This document shows, in pieces, positions 47,097 through 55,455 of a stretch of DNA of 64,000 nt. The DNA is taken from positions 7,383-71,382 of IMG/VR virus record IMGVR_UViG_3300036828_000565, one strand, 5' to 3'. The notes below the pieces were generated by a model, which was not told the origin of the DNA, searched no databases, and saw only the letters and a program-made list of their open reading frames with translations. This stretch comes from a virus. The position numbers and the translations under genes were made by a program. How positions within the stretch are numbered: position 1 is the stretch's first letter; each line of letters begins with the position of its first letter.

Positions 47097-47598
47097 AATT
47101 TACTCCCCTAATCATTATTGATTGTTTAAAGTATGGTTCGATTCCAGCAGGAACCGGTTGTCCATCTATAAGTCTAGATTTAACTAGACTGTTCATTGTT
47201 TGATAGTTTACTGAGAGAAGATCTTCCATATCATTTTCAGATATCCAGCTCATAAACGCTGGCTTATCTTTGACAGAAGAATAAACATCATCTTTAATTG
47301 AAATAGATACTCCACCCTCAAGTTTGACGCTAGTGTAATCTTGACTTTCCATCATTTCAATTAATTCTTGTTGAGTTGCTTCTACTATAATTTGTTGAGC
47401 TTTTATTAATGCATTAAGTCTAGCTTTCTCGGCTCTTGCTTTTGCGTAAACGATACCTAAACTTTTTACGGTTACTTGTTTACCGCTAGCTAAAAGCTCT
47501 CCTTTAACTTCATCTTTCATGAGGTTAACCTTAGATTGATAGTCGGGTTCTACCTCTACTTTAGTGAGTTGACTCTTAAATCCACTATATTTTCCCAT
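47083..47598 (-). CDS. Conserved phage replication/recombination coiled-coil protein
   Basis: Coiled N-terminus; AF..W..EN...DL...VN.QT....V......G...P.GI pattern. Confidence 0.6.
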   Translation of the reverse strand: MGKYSGFKSQLTKVEVEPDYQSKVNLMKDEVKGELLASGKQVTVKSLGIVYAKARAEKARLNALIKAQQIIVEATQQELIEMMESQDYTSVKLEGGVSISIKDDVYSSVKDKPAFMSWISENDMEDLLSVNYQTMNSLVKSRLIDGQPVPAGIEPYFKQSIMIRGVNYDDE

Positions 47599-47845
47599 TG
47601 TGTCCTTCTTTTGGGCATTTAAAGTCTTCTATTTGGTTAAGAGGGACCTTATATTTAGTCTTTTCACCACAACTACAAGTAACAGATACTATTTGCCCAC
47701 TCTTTTTTAGTTTTCTAATCTTACTCGGTTCATGAGGAGGTAAGAAAAATTTATCTTCTTGTCTACGTTGTCTAAGTTCCTTTAAAAAAGATACTTGTTG
47801 TTCCATCATTTGGATTTGAATCTCTAGATGATCATCAGTAAACAT
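47585..47845 (-). CDS. Small Cys-containing hypothetical protein
   Basis: CSCG...CP; AAGGGG RBS. Confidence 0.55.
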   Translation of the reverse strand: MFTDDHLEIQIQMMEQQVSFLKELRQRRQEDKFFLPPHEPSKIRKLKKSGQIVSVTCSCGEKTKYKVPLNQIEDFKCPKEGHNGKI

Positions 47846-47857
47846 TGTTTTCCCCTT

Positions 47858-49369
47858 TTAGAATGGTACATCATTTTCTTCCTGATATAGTTCAGCAACC
47901 CATTTTGATGCGGTCCAATTTGCAAAGTCTTCATGGTTTCTTAGATTCTTTAAGATGATTCCACTAACTGTTCTTTCTCTATTAGGTCCAACAACCAGGT
48001 AATCTTGCAGGAGTACTTGAAATCTTTGACCTGGTCTGTGTACGCGATCTTCACTTTGTGATCTTGTGATGAAAGAATAATCATTGGATAAGTAGTCAAC
48101 AAGCTGACATTTAGAGAAATTAGATCCAAAACGTCCAGCCTGGGGCTGACCGATAAGCAAAGCGGGACCTTTAAGATCTGTGTTATCTGGGTGAAAGAGA
48201 AATGTAGCTTTTTCCCTATCAGTTTTCGATAATCCTCCTTGTAGCACTTCAACCTGTAGGTTGGGAAACCGTGCCCGTACTCTCCTCTCAAGCCTTGCAA
48301 TTTCAGCCCTAAATCTACACCAAGTAATGAGTCTGAGGTCTGGGTCTTCTCTGAGTCTAAATTCGAGATTATCCAAGTAAGCATCTGTGAGTTCTGATGA
48401 TATCTCGACCGTAGTGGTTGATCCGTCATCTTCATCATCTAAAAATCCTCCTAAAAAACCTGAGCAAATTTGAGCTAATCTCAGTGATTTAACCGGAGCA
48501 GTAGTTACAATAGAAGCTTCATCAGAAGAATTTAAATATGCTACAAATTCTTCTCTCATTGAAACATATTTTTCCCATGTAGCTGGAGTTAATCTTACTT
48601 CAATCAAAGGTGATCTCATCTTTGGCAAGATGTCGAGACAATCTTTTTTAAGTCTTCTTAATGCATATGGCTTAATCTTATTTTGAAGTCCTTCAATATC
48701 GTGATAAGCTATAACTTGCTTATGCATGTAACCACCCATCTGACAATGATGATTTCTAAATGTAAAATAGTTCTTGAAACCTAGAATCAGAGGATCGAGA
48801 AACTCGAATTGACTCCATAGGTTAAGTATAGATTGTCCGATTGGGGTACCGTTAAGAATAAATCGCTTAGCTATTACTTTCTTTATATTAAGAGTTCCTC
48901 TAGTTTGTGAAGCGCGATGGTTAGAGATCGTACTTGATTCATCTACTCCACCAAATATTTTTCTATTTTTCATTAATGTAGAAAGAGTCTTAACATGTTT
49001 CTCTTGTCTTAAAATTTCTACTGACACTACCACCCATAAAAGACCTTCTGATCTATCAGGAACTTCTTTTGTATCTTTTGAAAACTCATGAATGATTCCT
49101 TTTACAAAAGAATGTTCTATAATTTGCGAATACTGAGGATGGACCCAGACACTTTTAACTTGAGCGGGGCAAATTATAAGTACGGTATCTATAATTCCTG
49201 CTTCATACATGAAACATGCTGCATCTATTACTTGTTTCGTTTTACCACTACCCATCTCATCAAGTAACGCAAAGTGCTGGTTACTTATTAAGGCTCGCGT
49301 ACCTATCCTTTGATGATCAAAAGGTGGGTATACGCATCTAGACCAATCGAGATTTTCTACATCAATCAT
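47858..49369 (-). CDS. SNF2-like superfamily 2 helicase
   Basis: DEMGSGKT, DES, LNGTP, LWSQFEFL, RRLKKDCLD.LP, QSEDRVHRPGQ. Confidence 0.92.
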   Translation of the reverse strand: MIDVENLDWSRCVYPPFDHQRIGTRALISNQHFALLDEMGSGKTKQVIDAACFMYEAGIIDTVLIICPAQVKSVWVHPQYSQIIEHSFVKGIIHEFSKDTKEVPDRSEGLLWVVVSVEILRQEKHVKTLSTLMKNRKIFGGVDESSTISNHRASQTRGTLNIKKVIAKRFILNGTPIGQSILNLWSQFEFLDPLILGFKNYFTFRNHHCQMGGYMHKQVIAYHDIEGLQNKIKPYALRRLKKDCLDILPKMRSPLIEVRLTPATWEKYVSMREEFVAYLNSSDEASIVTTAPVKSLRLAQICSGFLGGFLDDEDDGSTTTVEISSELTDAYLDNLEFRLREDPDLRLITWCRFRAEIARLERRVRARFPNLQVEVLQGGLSKTDREKATFLFHPDNTDLKGPALLIGQPQAGRFGSNFSKCQLVDYLSNDYSFITRSQSEDRVHRPGQRFQVLLQDYLVVGPNRERTVSGIILKNLRNHEDFANWTASKWVAELYQEENDVPF

Positions 49370-49575
49370 TAGTCTCTTGCCTCTAGTAAAGCTTCATAAC
49401 ATATCATAGCTATTCTTCTTGCTTCTACACTTCTAAATTCATGATCATTAGGTTCTTGACCAAAGTGACTTTGATCTATATATAAAAGTACCTTATCATT
49501 TTTATATATAGTCCATGCTCCAGTCATAGAATCATAACCACCTAAATCATCGAATTCTAAAACTAATCCTTTCAT
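49369..49575 (-). CDS. Hypothetical protein
   Basis: TAATG overlap with the helicase start. Confidence 0.6.
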   Translation of the reverse strand: MKGLVLEFDDLGGYDSMTGAWTIYKNDKVLLYIDQSHFGQEPNDHEFRSVEARRIAMICYEALLEARD

Positions 49576-49801
49576 GAATCACCCTTATTAGCCATAACTT
49601 TCAACTATAATATTTTGCTCATTACGAATCTCTACTGTAGAAATTATGTGTTTTACTTTATGAATTCTAACTGCTTGTCTAGCTATATTAATAGGCAGGA
49701 TACAAGTTGTTTTGTAGCTGCAATTTAAACAAGAACAAAAATAAAGGCGCATAAACACCTCCAGATTTACTGGTAAGATATATTCTTCAGGGGTCTGTTT
49801 C

Positions 49802-49993
49802 TTACTGTCCTGTACAAGTGCTGCGGTGATGTCTTACAGGAGATCTGCCTTCAGGCATTGGATCTAGGGGGATGTTTGTTCCGTAAGGTGTCTCATACCA
49901 CTCTATGTCACTACCACAGTATGAGCAGACACCATCATTCAAGAAGGTATAGCCATTGCCCTTCAGATCTTCACTTTTGTTTGGTAAGGCCAT
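49802..49993 (-). CDS. Small zinc-finger protein
   Basis: CSYCGSDIEW..T..G..IPLD...H..TC; GAGGA RBS. Confidence 0.7.
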   Translation of the reverse strand: MALPNKSEDLKGNGYTFLNDGVCSYCGSDIEWYETPYGTNIPLDPMPEGRSPVRHHRSTCTGQ

Positions 49994-50008
49994 TTATGTC
50001 CTCTTTTT

Positions 50009-50076
50009 ACCTGTAAGGAGTGAGGCTCTACCACCTATGGTTGAACCTCACTCGAATATATATCATTCTTACAGGT
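50009..50076 (-). other. Nested stem-loop in the 5' leader of the zinc-finger gene
   Basis: ACCTGTAAG/CTTACAGGT enclosing GAGTGAGGTTC-aACCA-tagg-TGGTa-GAGCCTCACTC (minus strand). Confidence 0.55.
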
Positions 50077-50116
50077 TACTACTCCCCACATTTAACTAGT
50101 ATTTTCCACCTAATAT

Positions 50117-50353
50117 TCAGGTAGTGGGGCTGGAATCTTCAGTATCTACAGTGGGAGGATTTGCTTTAGAGTTTAACTGATCAGCAGCAGTTGCCATAGC
50201 AGCTATTGCAGCATCAATATCAGATTGTCGAACTCCGAGAGGGCTACTAGCTGCGGTAGATAAAGCTTTTGCAGCCTCAAGTAGTACTGTTGCTGGAGTC
50301 TCTTCTGCTGTTGTCTGTTCAGTAGTATCAAGAGTACTGGTATCGTTTTCCAT
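50117..50353 (-). CDS. Hypothetical Thr/Ala-rich protein
   Basis: AAGGAG RBS before MENDT. Confidence 0.55.
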   Translation of the reverse strand: MENDTSTLDTTEQTTAEETPATVLLEAAKALSTAASSPLGVRQSDIDAAIAAMATAADQLNSKANPPTVDTEDSSPTT

Positions 50354-50415
50354 TTTTCTATTCTCCTTTTGTAGAGTTCTAATAGTTAAAGTTAGTCTCC
50401 TTAGTAAGCCCATGC

Positions 50416-50742
50416 TTACTCCTCTTCTTCTACCTCATCTTCGTCTTCATCTTCATCAACTCCAATAAAGAATTCACGAAGAATATCTTCTGCGGTTTCG
50501 AGGTCTACGCCTTGTGGCATGTCCTTAACAATTGCTAGCAATTCTGATTCGCCATCAAAAGAAATCTCATAGATAATATTTTGAGATTCTTTTCCATAAT
50601 TACAATCAATTGTTAATTTTTTATCTTTAAAGCCACTTGATGGATCACCTTTATCAGCTCCCATAAAATCAATTGGAAGATCTGACTCATTAATTTGCTC
50701 TGGACTTACGTTTAACTTAATAGTTTTTTCTTGCGTAGTCAT
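50416..50742 (-). CDS. Highly acidic hypothetical protein
   Basis: AAGGGG RBS before MTTQE; DEDEDEDEVEEEE tail. Confidence 0.6.
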   Translation of the reverse strand: MTTQEKTIKLNVSPEQINESDLPIDFMGADKGDPSSGFKDKKLTIDCNYGKESQNIIYEISFDGESELLAIVKDMPQGVDLETAEDILREFFIGVDEDEDEDEVEEEE

Positions 50743-50758
50743 TTTTTTCCCCTTCGTT

Positions 50759-51220
50759 TTAAATAACACCTGTAGGCCAGAAATAAGGAAGATTAGGATC
50801 CTCATCTGGCCAATATTGTCTATAATGTGTTGGGAGTTTTCTTACAAGATTTGATCGGTGCGATCTATGAAATGGTTCGTATCCGAGAAAAGAAGGAGGA
50901 TTTTCTTTTAATCCTAAATCATAATCCAAGCATTCTATAGAGTTACTATAGCCTCTTGAACACCATTCTCCTACAGCACAGGCTAAGTAATACTTAAGCC
51001 ATTCTTCGTGACCTGCCCACATTATTACAGCAGGATGATTCTTCCATTGAGAATTACTAAAATCAAAAGGAACTAAAGAATGAAGATTACTTGGAAGTAC
51101 CGGTTGATTAAGCAAAATTTCTAATATTTGAGCCGCTTCTATTCTCTGTTTTCCGAGCCTTTGATAGTCAAGGTACTCCATTGACTTCACGAAACTCTTC
51201 ACCGGTAGAAAGGTTTGCGT
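50759..51220 (-). CDS. Pyrimidine-dimer DNA glycosylase/endonuclease V-like (MSMEG_6728-type); probable ACG start
   Basis: (ACG)QTFLP..SF..S...LD..RLGKQR.EA.QIL, NHPAV.MW.GHE, EW..RGY, HRSHRSNL.RK, LPYFWP. Confidence 0.8.
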   Translation of the reverse strand, partial: TQTFLPVKSFVKSMEYLDYQRLGKQRIEAAQILEILLNQPVLPSNLHSLVPFDFSNSQWKNHPAVIMWAGHEEWLKYYLACAVGEWCSRGYSNSIECLDYDLGLKENPPSFLGYEPFHRSHRSNLVRKLPTHYRQYWPDEDPNLPYFWPTGVI

Positions 51221-51231
51221 ACATTTCTCCT

Positions 51232-51441
51232 TTATGCAGCTTCTTCATTATTTTCAGTTGGCCAGATATTCTCAATAGGTTCACTTAGAGCTTTAGCAAT
51301 GGCTTGAGCCGTAGTAAGTGTTACCCCTTTCCCTTTACTGGCATTATACAGAGTCATTCTGGTGAGATGTGTTAATTCAACAAGTTCTCTCCAGCTAATA
51401 TGCTTACTCTCCATGATGTCGTACATTAGGGATTTTCTCAT
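51232..51441 (-). CDS. Cro/XRE-type helix-turn-helix regulator
   Basis: ISWRELVELTHLTRMTLYN...VTLTTA.AIAKAL...IENIW. Confidence 0.85.
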   Translation of the reverse strand: MRKSLMYDIMESKHISWRELVELTHLTRMTLYNASKGKGVTLTTAQAIAKALSEPIENIWPTENNEEAA

Positions 51442-51448
51442 ATAATTC

Positions 51449-51478
51449 ATTATATCATAAGCTTATTATCTTTGTAAA
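51449..51478 (-). promoter_or_regulatory. sigma70-type promoter TTTACA-N18-TATAAT, probably giving a leaderless HTH mRNA
   Basis: TTTACAaagataataagcttatgaTATAAT, then 7 nt to ATG 51441. Confidence 0.7.
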
Positions 51479-51502
51479 TATCTTTTTTTCTAAATTTTAA
51501 TA

Positions 51503-51844
51503 CTACTCTCTAACGTTACAATTGAATCCAATACGATAACGCCAAACATATGTCGTAGATGCTTCAAGTCCTTCACGTGGACCATAAATTTCGAAGCCGT
51601 AATGATTCGTTGGAAAGAATGACCACATATGAAGTCTTTTTGCTGATTCTGAAAGAGGTATGAGGCAAACAGCACTCTTATTGTGCCAAACCGCAAAACG
51701 AAGATAGAAAAGACCAGCAAAGGGCGAAGGTGACGTTCCTGTAGAAACGTATATGACACCATGTCTATCTGTAGAACCTGGCTGTAGTATGATAGCTGAG
51801 TTATACCCTACACCAGATTGTGTTATTATAGTTGGTGTAACCAT
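51503..51844 (-). CDS. Hypothetical protein
   Basis: 113-aa ORF in the minus-strand array. Confidence 0.5.
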   Translation of the reverse strand: MVTPTIITQSGVGYNSAIILQPGSTDRHGVIYVSTGTSPSPFAGLFYLRFAVWHNKSAVCLIPLSESAKRLHMWSFFPTNHYGFEIYGPREGLEASTTYVWRYRIGFNCNVRE

Positions 51845-51863
51845 TTCTTATTTCTTTCAATAA

Positions 51864-52256
51864 CTATTCTTCTTGTGAAACCTCAAAAGCCTGTAATGCT
51901 GCTTGAGCGATCATCTGTAATACAAGCGGTGGTGCAGATTTTTTATTCTCAATCTCACGTAATGCTACTAACAACGCACCTATCTGACTCTCTAATTCAG
52001 CTTGCTTGACTATCTGCCCAGCGTTAAACTCATACTGCCTGTCACGCTCACCCTCTGCTTTGACTATACGTTCAGCCATCTCATCTATAGATAGCTCCCA
52101 GAGCCAACCTTGTCCATGACAACCATAACAAGATTGTGAAATCATGCGTGGTTCAGTATTAACATCCATGTCTCCTGCTGATGCAAATGTCCTACGCGTA
52201 ACACGTCCACTACTTTTACAAATTGGACACGGCATCTTTAAATCATCTAATGTCAT
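51864..52256 (-). CDS. DnaJ-type zinc finger plus coiled-coil protein
   Basis: CPICKSSG and CYGCHGQG repeats. Confidence 0.65.
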   Translation of the reverse strand: MTLDDLKMPCPICKSSGRVTRRTFASAGDMDVNTEPRMISQSCYGCHGQGWLWELSIDEMAERIVKAEGERDRQYEFNAGQIVKQAELESQIGALLVALREIENKKSAPPLVLQMIAQAALQAFEVSQEE

Positions 52257-52621
52257 TTTTGTTCCCTTTCACTGAATCTTAAGGTTCCATGCTTCTTTTG
52301 AATATTCAAGCTAAGTAAGGTACAATAGTACGTAGCATTTAGCCACTGACCTTTAAACACAGATTCTTCTAGTTTCTTAATAAGTCGCTTAACTTCAGCA
52401 GTATTATCAGAAGTCTGAGGTAGGTGCAAAATCTGATTTTTCGCGTCTCGAGGACTCTTTTTTAACAATGCCATCTCCTCGGGTAACAGAGATAATTTCC
52501 AACGTAGTGAGTCTATTAATGAGTGGCCGTATTTGATTTCTGTAGTCATAAGCTTGTCCGAAGGTTTTAATAGCTTCATCGTTCCATATGTCTCCAAACT
52601 CATCTCTAATATAGTAGTCAT
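52253..52621 (-). CDS. Hypothetical protein
   Basis: ATGA-type overlap with the next gene. Confidence 0.55.
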   Translation of the reverse strand: MTTILEMSLETYGTMKLLKPSDKLMTTEIKYGHSLIDSLRWKLSLLPEEMALLKKSPRDAKNQILHLPQTSDNTAEVKRLIKKLEESVFKGQWLNATYYCTLLSLNIQKKHGTLRFSEREQK

Positions 52622-52637
52622 ACCTCATGTTTGTACC

Positions 52638-53150
52638 TTAAGGTAGAATCTCTGATATTTCTGACAGTATCAAAGCTAAACCGGTGCCAGGTTTTGGAGT
52701 AAAGAAACCTGTTGGTTTTTGAAGATGTTTACCTTTCCAAAGCGGAGCAAAAGAATCAAAAGCTTCATCATCAGCAATGTTTACAGTATGAGTCTTGGTA
52801 TCTACTTCAAGTTCCATCATTCGATACCTGATCGTACTACAATCCCAATTAGATAACTGAGCTCTACAATTAATTGAAGTCTTATACCATTGCCATACCC
52901 AAGCTACGTATCGACCTTTTGATGTATAGTCATTGAAACCAGCATCAAATCTTGGGTCAGCCATAAAGAACATGACATCTTTATCTTCATATAGAGTAAT
53001 GATTGGTTCCATCTGTCCAGGGTGCCACCAATCATGTACAGCAATTGGTCGATCAAAGTTATCTAATCTGAGACCAAACGCATCATTATAGCTCTGTGCC
53101 GAAGAAGCAGAGGCTATTAGAAATGTTGCGATAATTGGAAAGAATCTCAT
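52638..53150 (-). CDS. Secreted hypothetical protein
   Basis: Signal MRFFPIIATFLIASASSA; Cys pair. Confidence 0.6.
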   Translation of the reverse strand: MRFFPIIATFLIASASSAQSYNDAFGLRLDNFDRPIAVHDWWHPGQMEPIITLYEDKDVMFFMADPRFDAGFNDYTSKGRYVAWVWQWYKTSINCRAQLSNWDCSTIRYRMMELEVDTKTHTVNIADDEAFDSFAPLWKGKHLQKPTGFFTPKPGTGLALILSEISEILP

Positions 53151-53395
53151 GACTGTCCCGAGGATTCTCTTACTAACTCTAAATCTCCATAAATCAAGAA
53201 TGTCTGTGTAAGTCTAATGACACACTCAGGTCCACAAACATCTTTTACGGTATCAGTATGGTTTTCAAAATTAGCATCAAAATCAACTTTGCTAAGATGT
53301 AAACCATCCTCATCTATATCCATTATAAACCAATGATCACCAGCTTTCTTTTGTTTATCACAGACATCGCACGATACTATCATATTAGTCGACAT
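53147..53395 (-). CDS. Zinc-binding hypothetical protein
   Basis: CDVC...W...DVCG.EC; AAGGAG RBS. Confidence 0.65.
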   Translation of the reverse strand: MSTNMIVSCDVCDKQKKAGDHWFIMDIDEDGLHLSKVDFDANFENHTDTVKDVCGPECVIRLTQTFLIYGDLELVRESSGQS

Positions 53396-53500
53396 TCTTT
53401 TTCTCCTTATTATCTTTAATCCACAATATTGCCTCTATTTGAAGATTAATAGCTATAGCAGCGTCAGCTTGAACATGAACTATAGGCTGTTGATTATTGT

Positions 53501-53776
53501 TTATGATTGTATAGAGTCTCTTTCTTTGCTGTTCAAGTCGCCTGTTAAGTTCTTCTCTTTCCATTTCACCTCCCTATACTTTCCAAAGAACCTTTGAAAC
53601 ACCATTAGATTTTCTCCATCTATTCCCAAGCCCCATTCTTCATGACAAGTCTTACAAATATAGACCCAGTGACCTTTGGCCCCATATGGTCCTTGTTTCA
53701 CGCGAGCATCAAAAAGCTCAAAGTTATCTGCTTTTTCACATATCTCGCATGCTTGATTTATAGAAGGTACCTTCAT
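53501..53776 (-). CDS. Zinc-binding hypothetical protein
   Basis: CEIC..FDA....G.W..IC..C...GLG. Confidence 0.65.
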   Translation of the reverse strand: MKVPSINQACEICEKADNFELFDARVKQGPYGAKGHWVYICKTCHEEWGLGIDGENLMVFQRFFGKYREVKWKEKNLTGDLNSKERDSIQS

Positions 53777-53973
53777 TTTTCTTCTTCTTTAAATAAGTCA
53801 TCCCAACAAACTTCACACATGCCTGAGATACTGTATTCTCTGATACCATTTTCTGTACGAAATAAAGGAGGTTTTCTGCACTTAACACAGATGCCTTGTG
53901 AATGGGCTTCTGCTTTAGTCATACCCGTAGCCATAATCGATATTTCATCCTTGAATCTCTGTAATGGATCCAT
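53773..53973 (-). CDS. Small zinc-binding protein
   Basis: CVKC...REY.ISGMC..C.D..F; AAGGAG RBS. Confidence 0.7.
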   Translation of the reverse strand: MDPLQRFKDEISIMATGMTKAEAHSQGICVKCRKPPLFRTENGIREYSISGMCEVCWDDLFKEEEK

Positions 53974-54190
53974 TTTTACTCCTTTCTAGAATCATTCCTG
54001 TTTGTACCCCGAATAAAAAGATGAAGGCCAAAGTCTTTAATGTAACATGACCTTCACTGGATATAGTATCTTTAATGAATAAAGCAAGACCCATTCTATT
54101 ATTTGGTTCTTCTGTCCATTCATCCATCATTCTACTTTTCTCTAGTTCATCGGTCTCAAGAGCAGCCATTGATGCTTCTAGAATCGTCAT
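53945..54190 (-). CDS. Hypothetical protein
   Basis: GAGG RBS; packed in operon. Confidence 0.55.
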   Translation of the reverse strand: MTILEASMAALETDELEKSRMMDEWTEEPNNRMGLALFIKDTISSEGHVTLKTLAFIFLFGVQTGMILERSKNGSITEIQG

Positions 54191-54192
54191 GT

Positions 54193-54387
54193 TTACCTCA
54201 ATAGTTGTCCGTCTATTCTATCTAATAAAGAATAGAGTTCATCAGCCATTTTAACAAGTACAGGGCCTTTTTCAGGATGAGTGAGACGTGATAAAGCTTT
54301 AATTAGCTTATAAGCTTCAACACGAGTTAATTGAACGGCTAATTTTGCCTCCTCTCTGGGCCCTGCATCTTCTGAGTTCCATCCCAT
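54193..54387 (-). CDS. Hypothetical protein
   Basis: GAGGA RBS. Confidence 0.55.
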   Translation of the reverse strand: MGWNSEDAGPREEAKLAVQLTRVEAYKLIKALSRLTHPEKGPVLVKMADELYSLLDRIDGQLLR

Positions 54388-54401
54388 TAGATTCCTCTCT
54401 T

Positions 54402-54659
54402 CTAGTTTCTTTCCTCCAGTAAAAGTTCGTTATATGTAGCAAGATTCTTAGCACTTACTAAGTAACCACCACGATTTTTCAGGTTATGAACTGTACAATT
54501 CATACACATGTAATAACCTCGTCTATCTTTACGATGATAGACGATAGCTACAGCCGGAGTAGCACAGGGAATGTATCGATCTACAGATAAAGAATTAGCT
54601 TCTTGACACATGTGTTCCCATGGAATTATCTCAATTAGTGGGATGTCTATCTTTTTCAT
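54402..54659 (-). CDS. Hypothetical Cys-containing protein
   Basis: CQE...C..PA...YYMC..C..HN..NRGG. Confidence 0.6.
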   Translation of the reverse strand: MKKIDIPLIEIIPWEHMCQEANSLSVDRYIPCATPAVAIVYHRKDRRGYYMCMNCTVHNLKNRGGYLVSAKNLATYNELLLEERN

Positions 54660-55213
54660 GCGGCGGTTATCTTTCTCATAGCTCGTCTCCGTGCATTCTC
54701 AGCTTTACGTTGATCCGGTGTCATGGCATCCCAGTAAGCTTTAATGCCTGATTTCTTCTTTTTAGTAATTATTGTATTTTTTACAAGACCTCGACGCTTC
54801 ATCTCCTTCTTGCGTTGGTCTTCTGTCATAGCGGCCCAATAAGCTTTGATGCCAGAAATTCTCTTTCTCTTGTTTCTATCTTCAAATGCACCATGGACGC
54901 CGCGTGGCTTCTTGTTCTTACTTCCTACTGGTCTTCCCACTTTCCCCCGTGGGCGGCCCTTTCGTGTCCGGCTACCCACTTCCATCTCTGTGCTCCCTTG
55001 TAGTAATCCGGGGGCCTTTTCTCGCAAAACCCGCACGCGATCCGATACGCTCCCGGTCGAATTAGTGAGAAGTAACGATCCCAACTCGTTGGAAAGCTCG
55101 GCCGGGGAGATGCCGATTCCTGCTGCGTAGTACTCGATTTGGACTTCGAGCCTACCGTGGAGGTGTGCAATTGCTTTTTGTGTACTAGCTTTAAATTTGT
55201 GGCTGGCATTCAT
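54656..55213 (-). CDS. Very basic AT-hook-like DNA-binding protein with two SGIKAYW repeats
   Basis: KGRPRG..GRPVGSKNK; SGIKAYWAAMTEDQRKKEM and SGIKAYWDAMTPDQRKAEN; AAGGAG RBS. Confidence 0.65.
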   Translation of the reverse strand: MNASHKFKASTQKAIAHLHGRLEVQIEYYAAGIGISPAELSNELGSLLLTNSTGSVSDRVRVLREKAPGLLQGSTEMEVGSRTRKGRPRGKVGRPVGSKNKKPRGVHGAFEDRNKRKRISGIKAYWAAMTEDQRKKEMKRRGLVKNTIITKKKKSGIKAYWDAMTPDQRKAENARRRAMRKITAA

Positions 55214-55248
55214 TGTTTCTCCTTTTAGTTATGCTTCATCATTGTAAA

Positions 55249-55270
55249 GATGGGCTCGTAAGAGCCCACC
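55249..55270 (-). terminator. Terminator closing the Tat-protein/membrane-protein unit
   Basis: Minus strand GGTGGGCTC-ttac-GAGCCCATC then TTT. Confidence 0.65.
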
Positions 55271-55273
55271 TGA

Positions 55274-55444
55274 TTAATGGAAGAACCGGACAGTAAGTGC
55301 TGAATAAATTAACCAGCATCCACTAAGAAGAAAAGCTACAGAAAGTACTATACGTAAGTTTTTAGAGCCTCTAGATACTATGTGCAAGAGTCCTAGTATT
55401 GCTCCGAATAGTCCGGTAAGTATTACTGGCATTGTAGTAGGCAT
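55274..55444 (-). CDS. Small two-TM membrane protein (candidate immunity protein)
   Basis: AAGGAG RBS; two hydrophobic helices separated by SRGSKN. Confidence 0.65.
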   Translation of the reverse strand: MPTTMPVILTGLFGAILGLLHIVSRGSKNLRIVLSVAFLLSGCWLIYSALTVRFFH

Positions 55445-55455
55445 AATTACACTCC

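Noticed and set aside
52407-52628. Alternative-frame 73-aa ORF overlapping 52253..52621
   Set aside because: Almost fully nested on the same strand; cannot decide without homology data, so the longer coupled ORF was kept.
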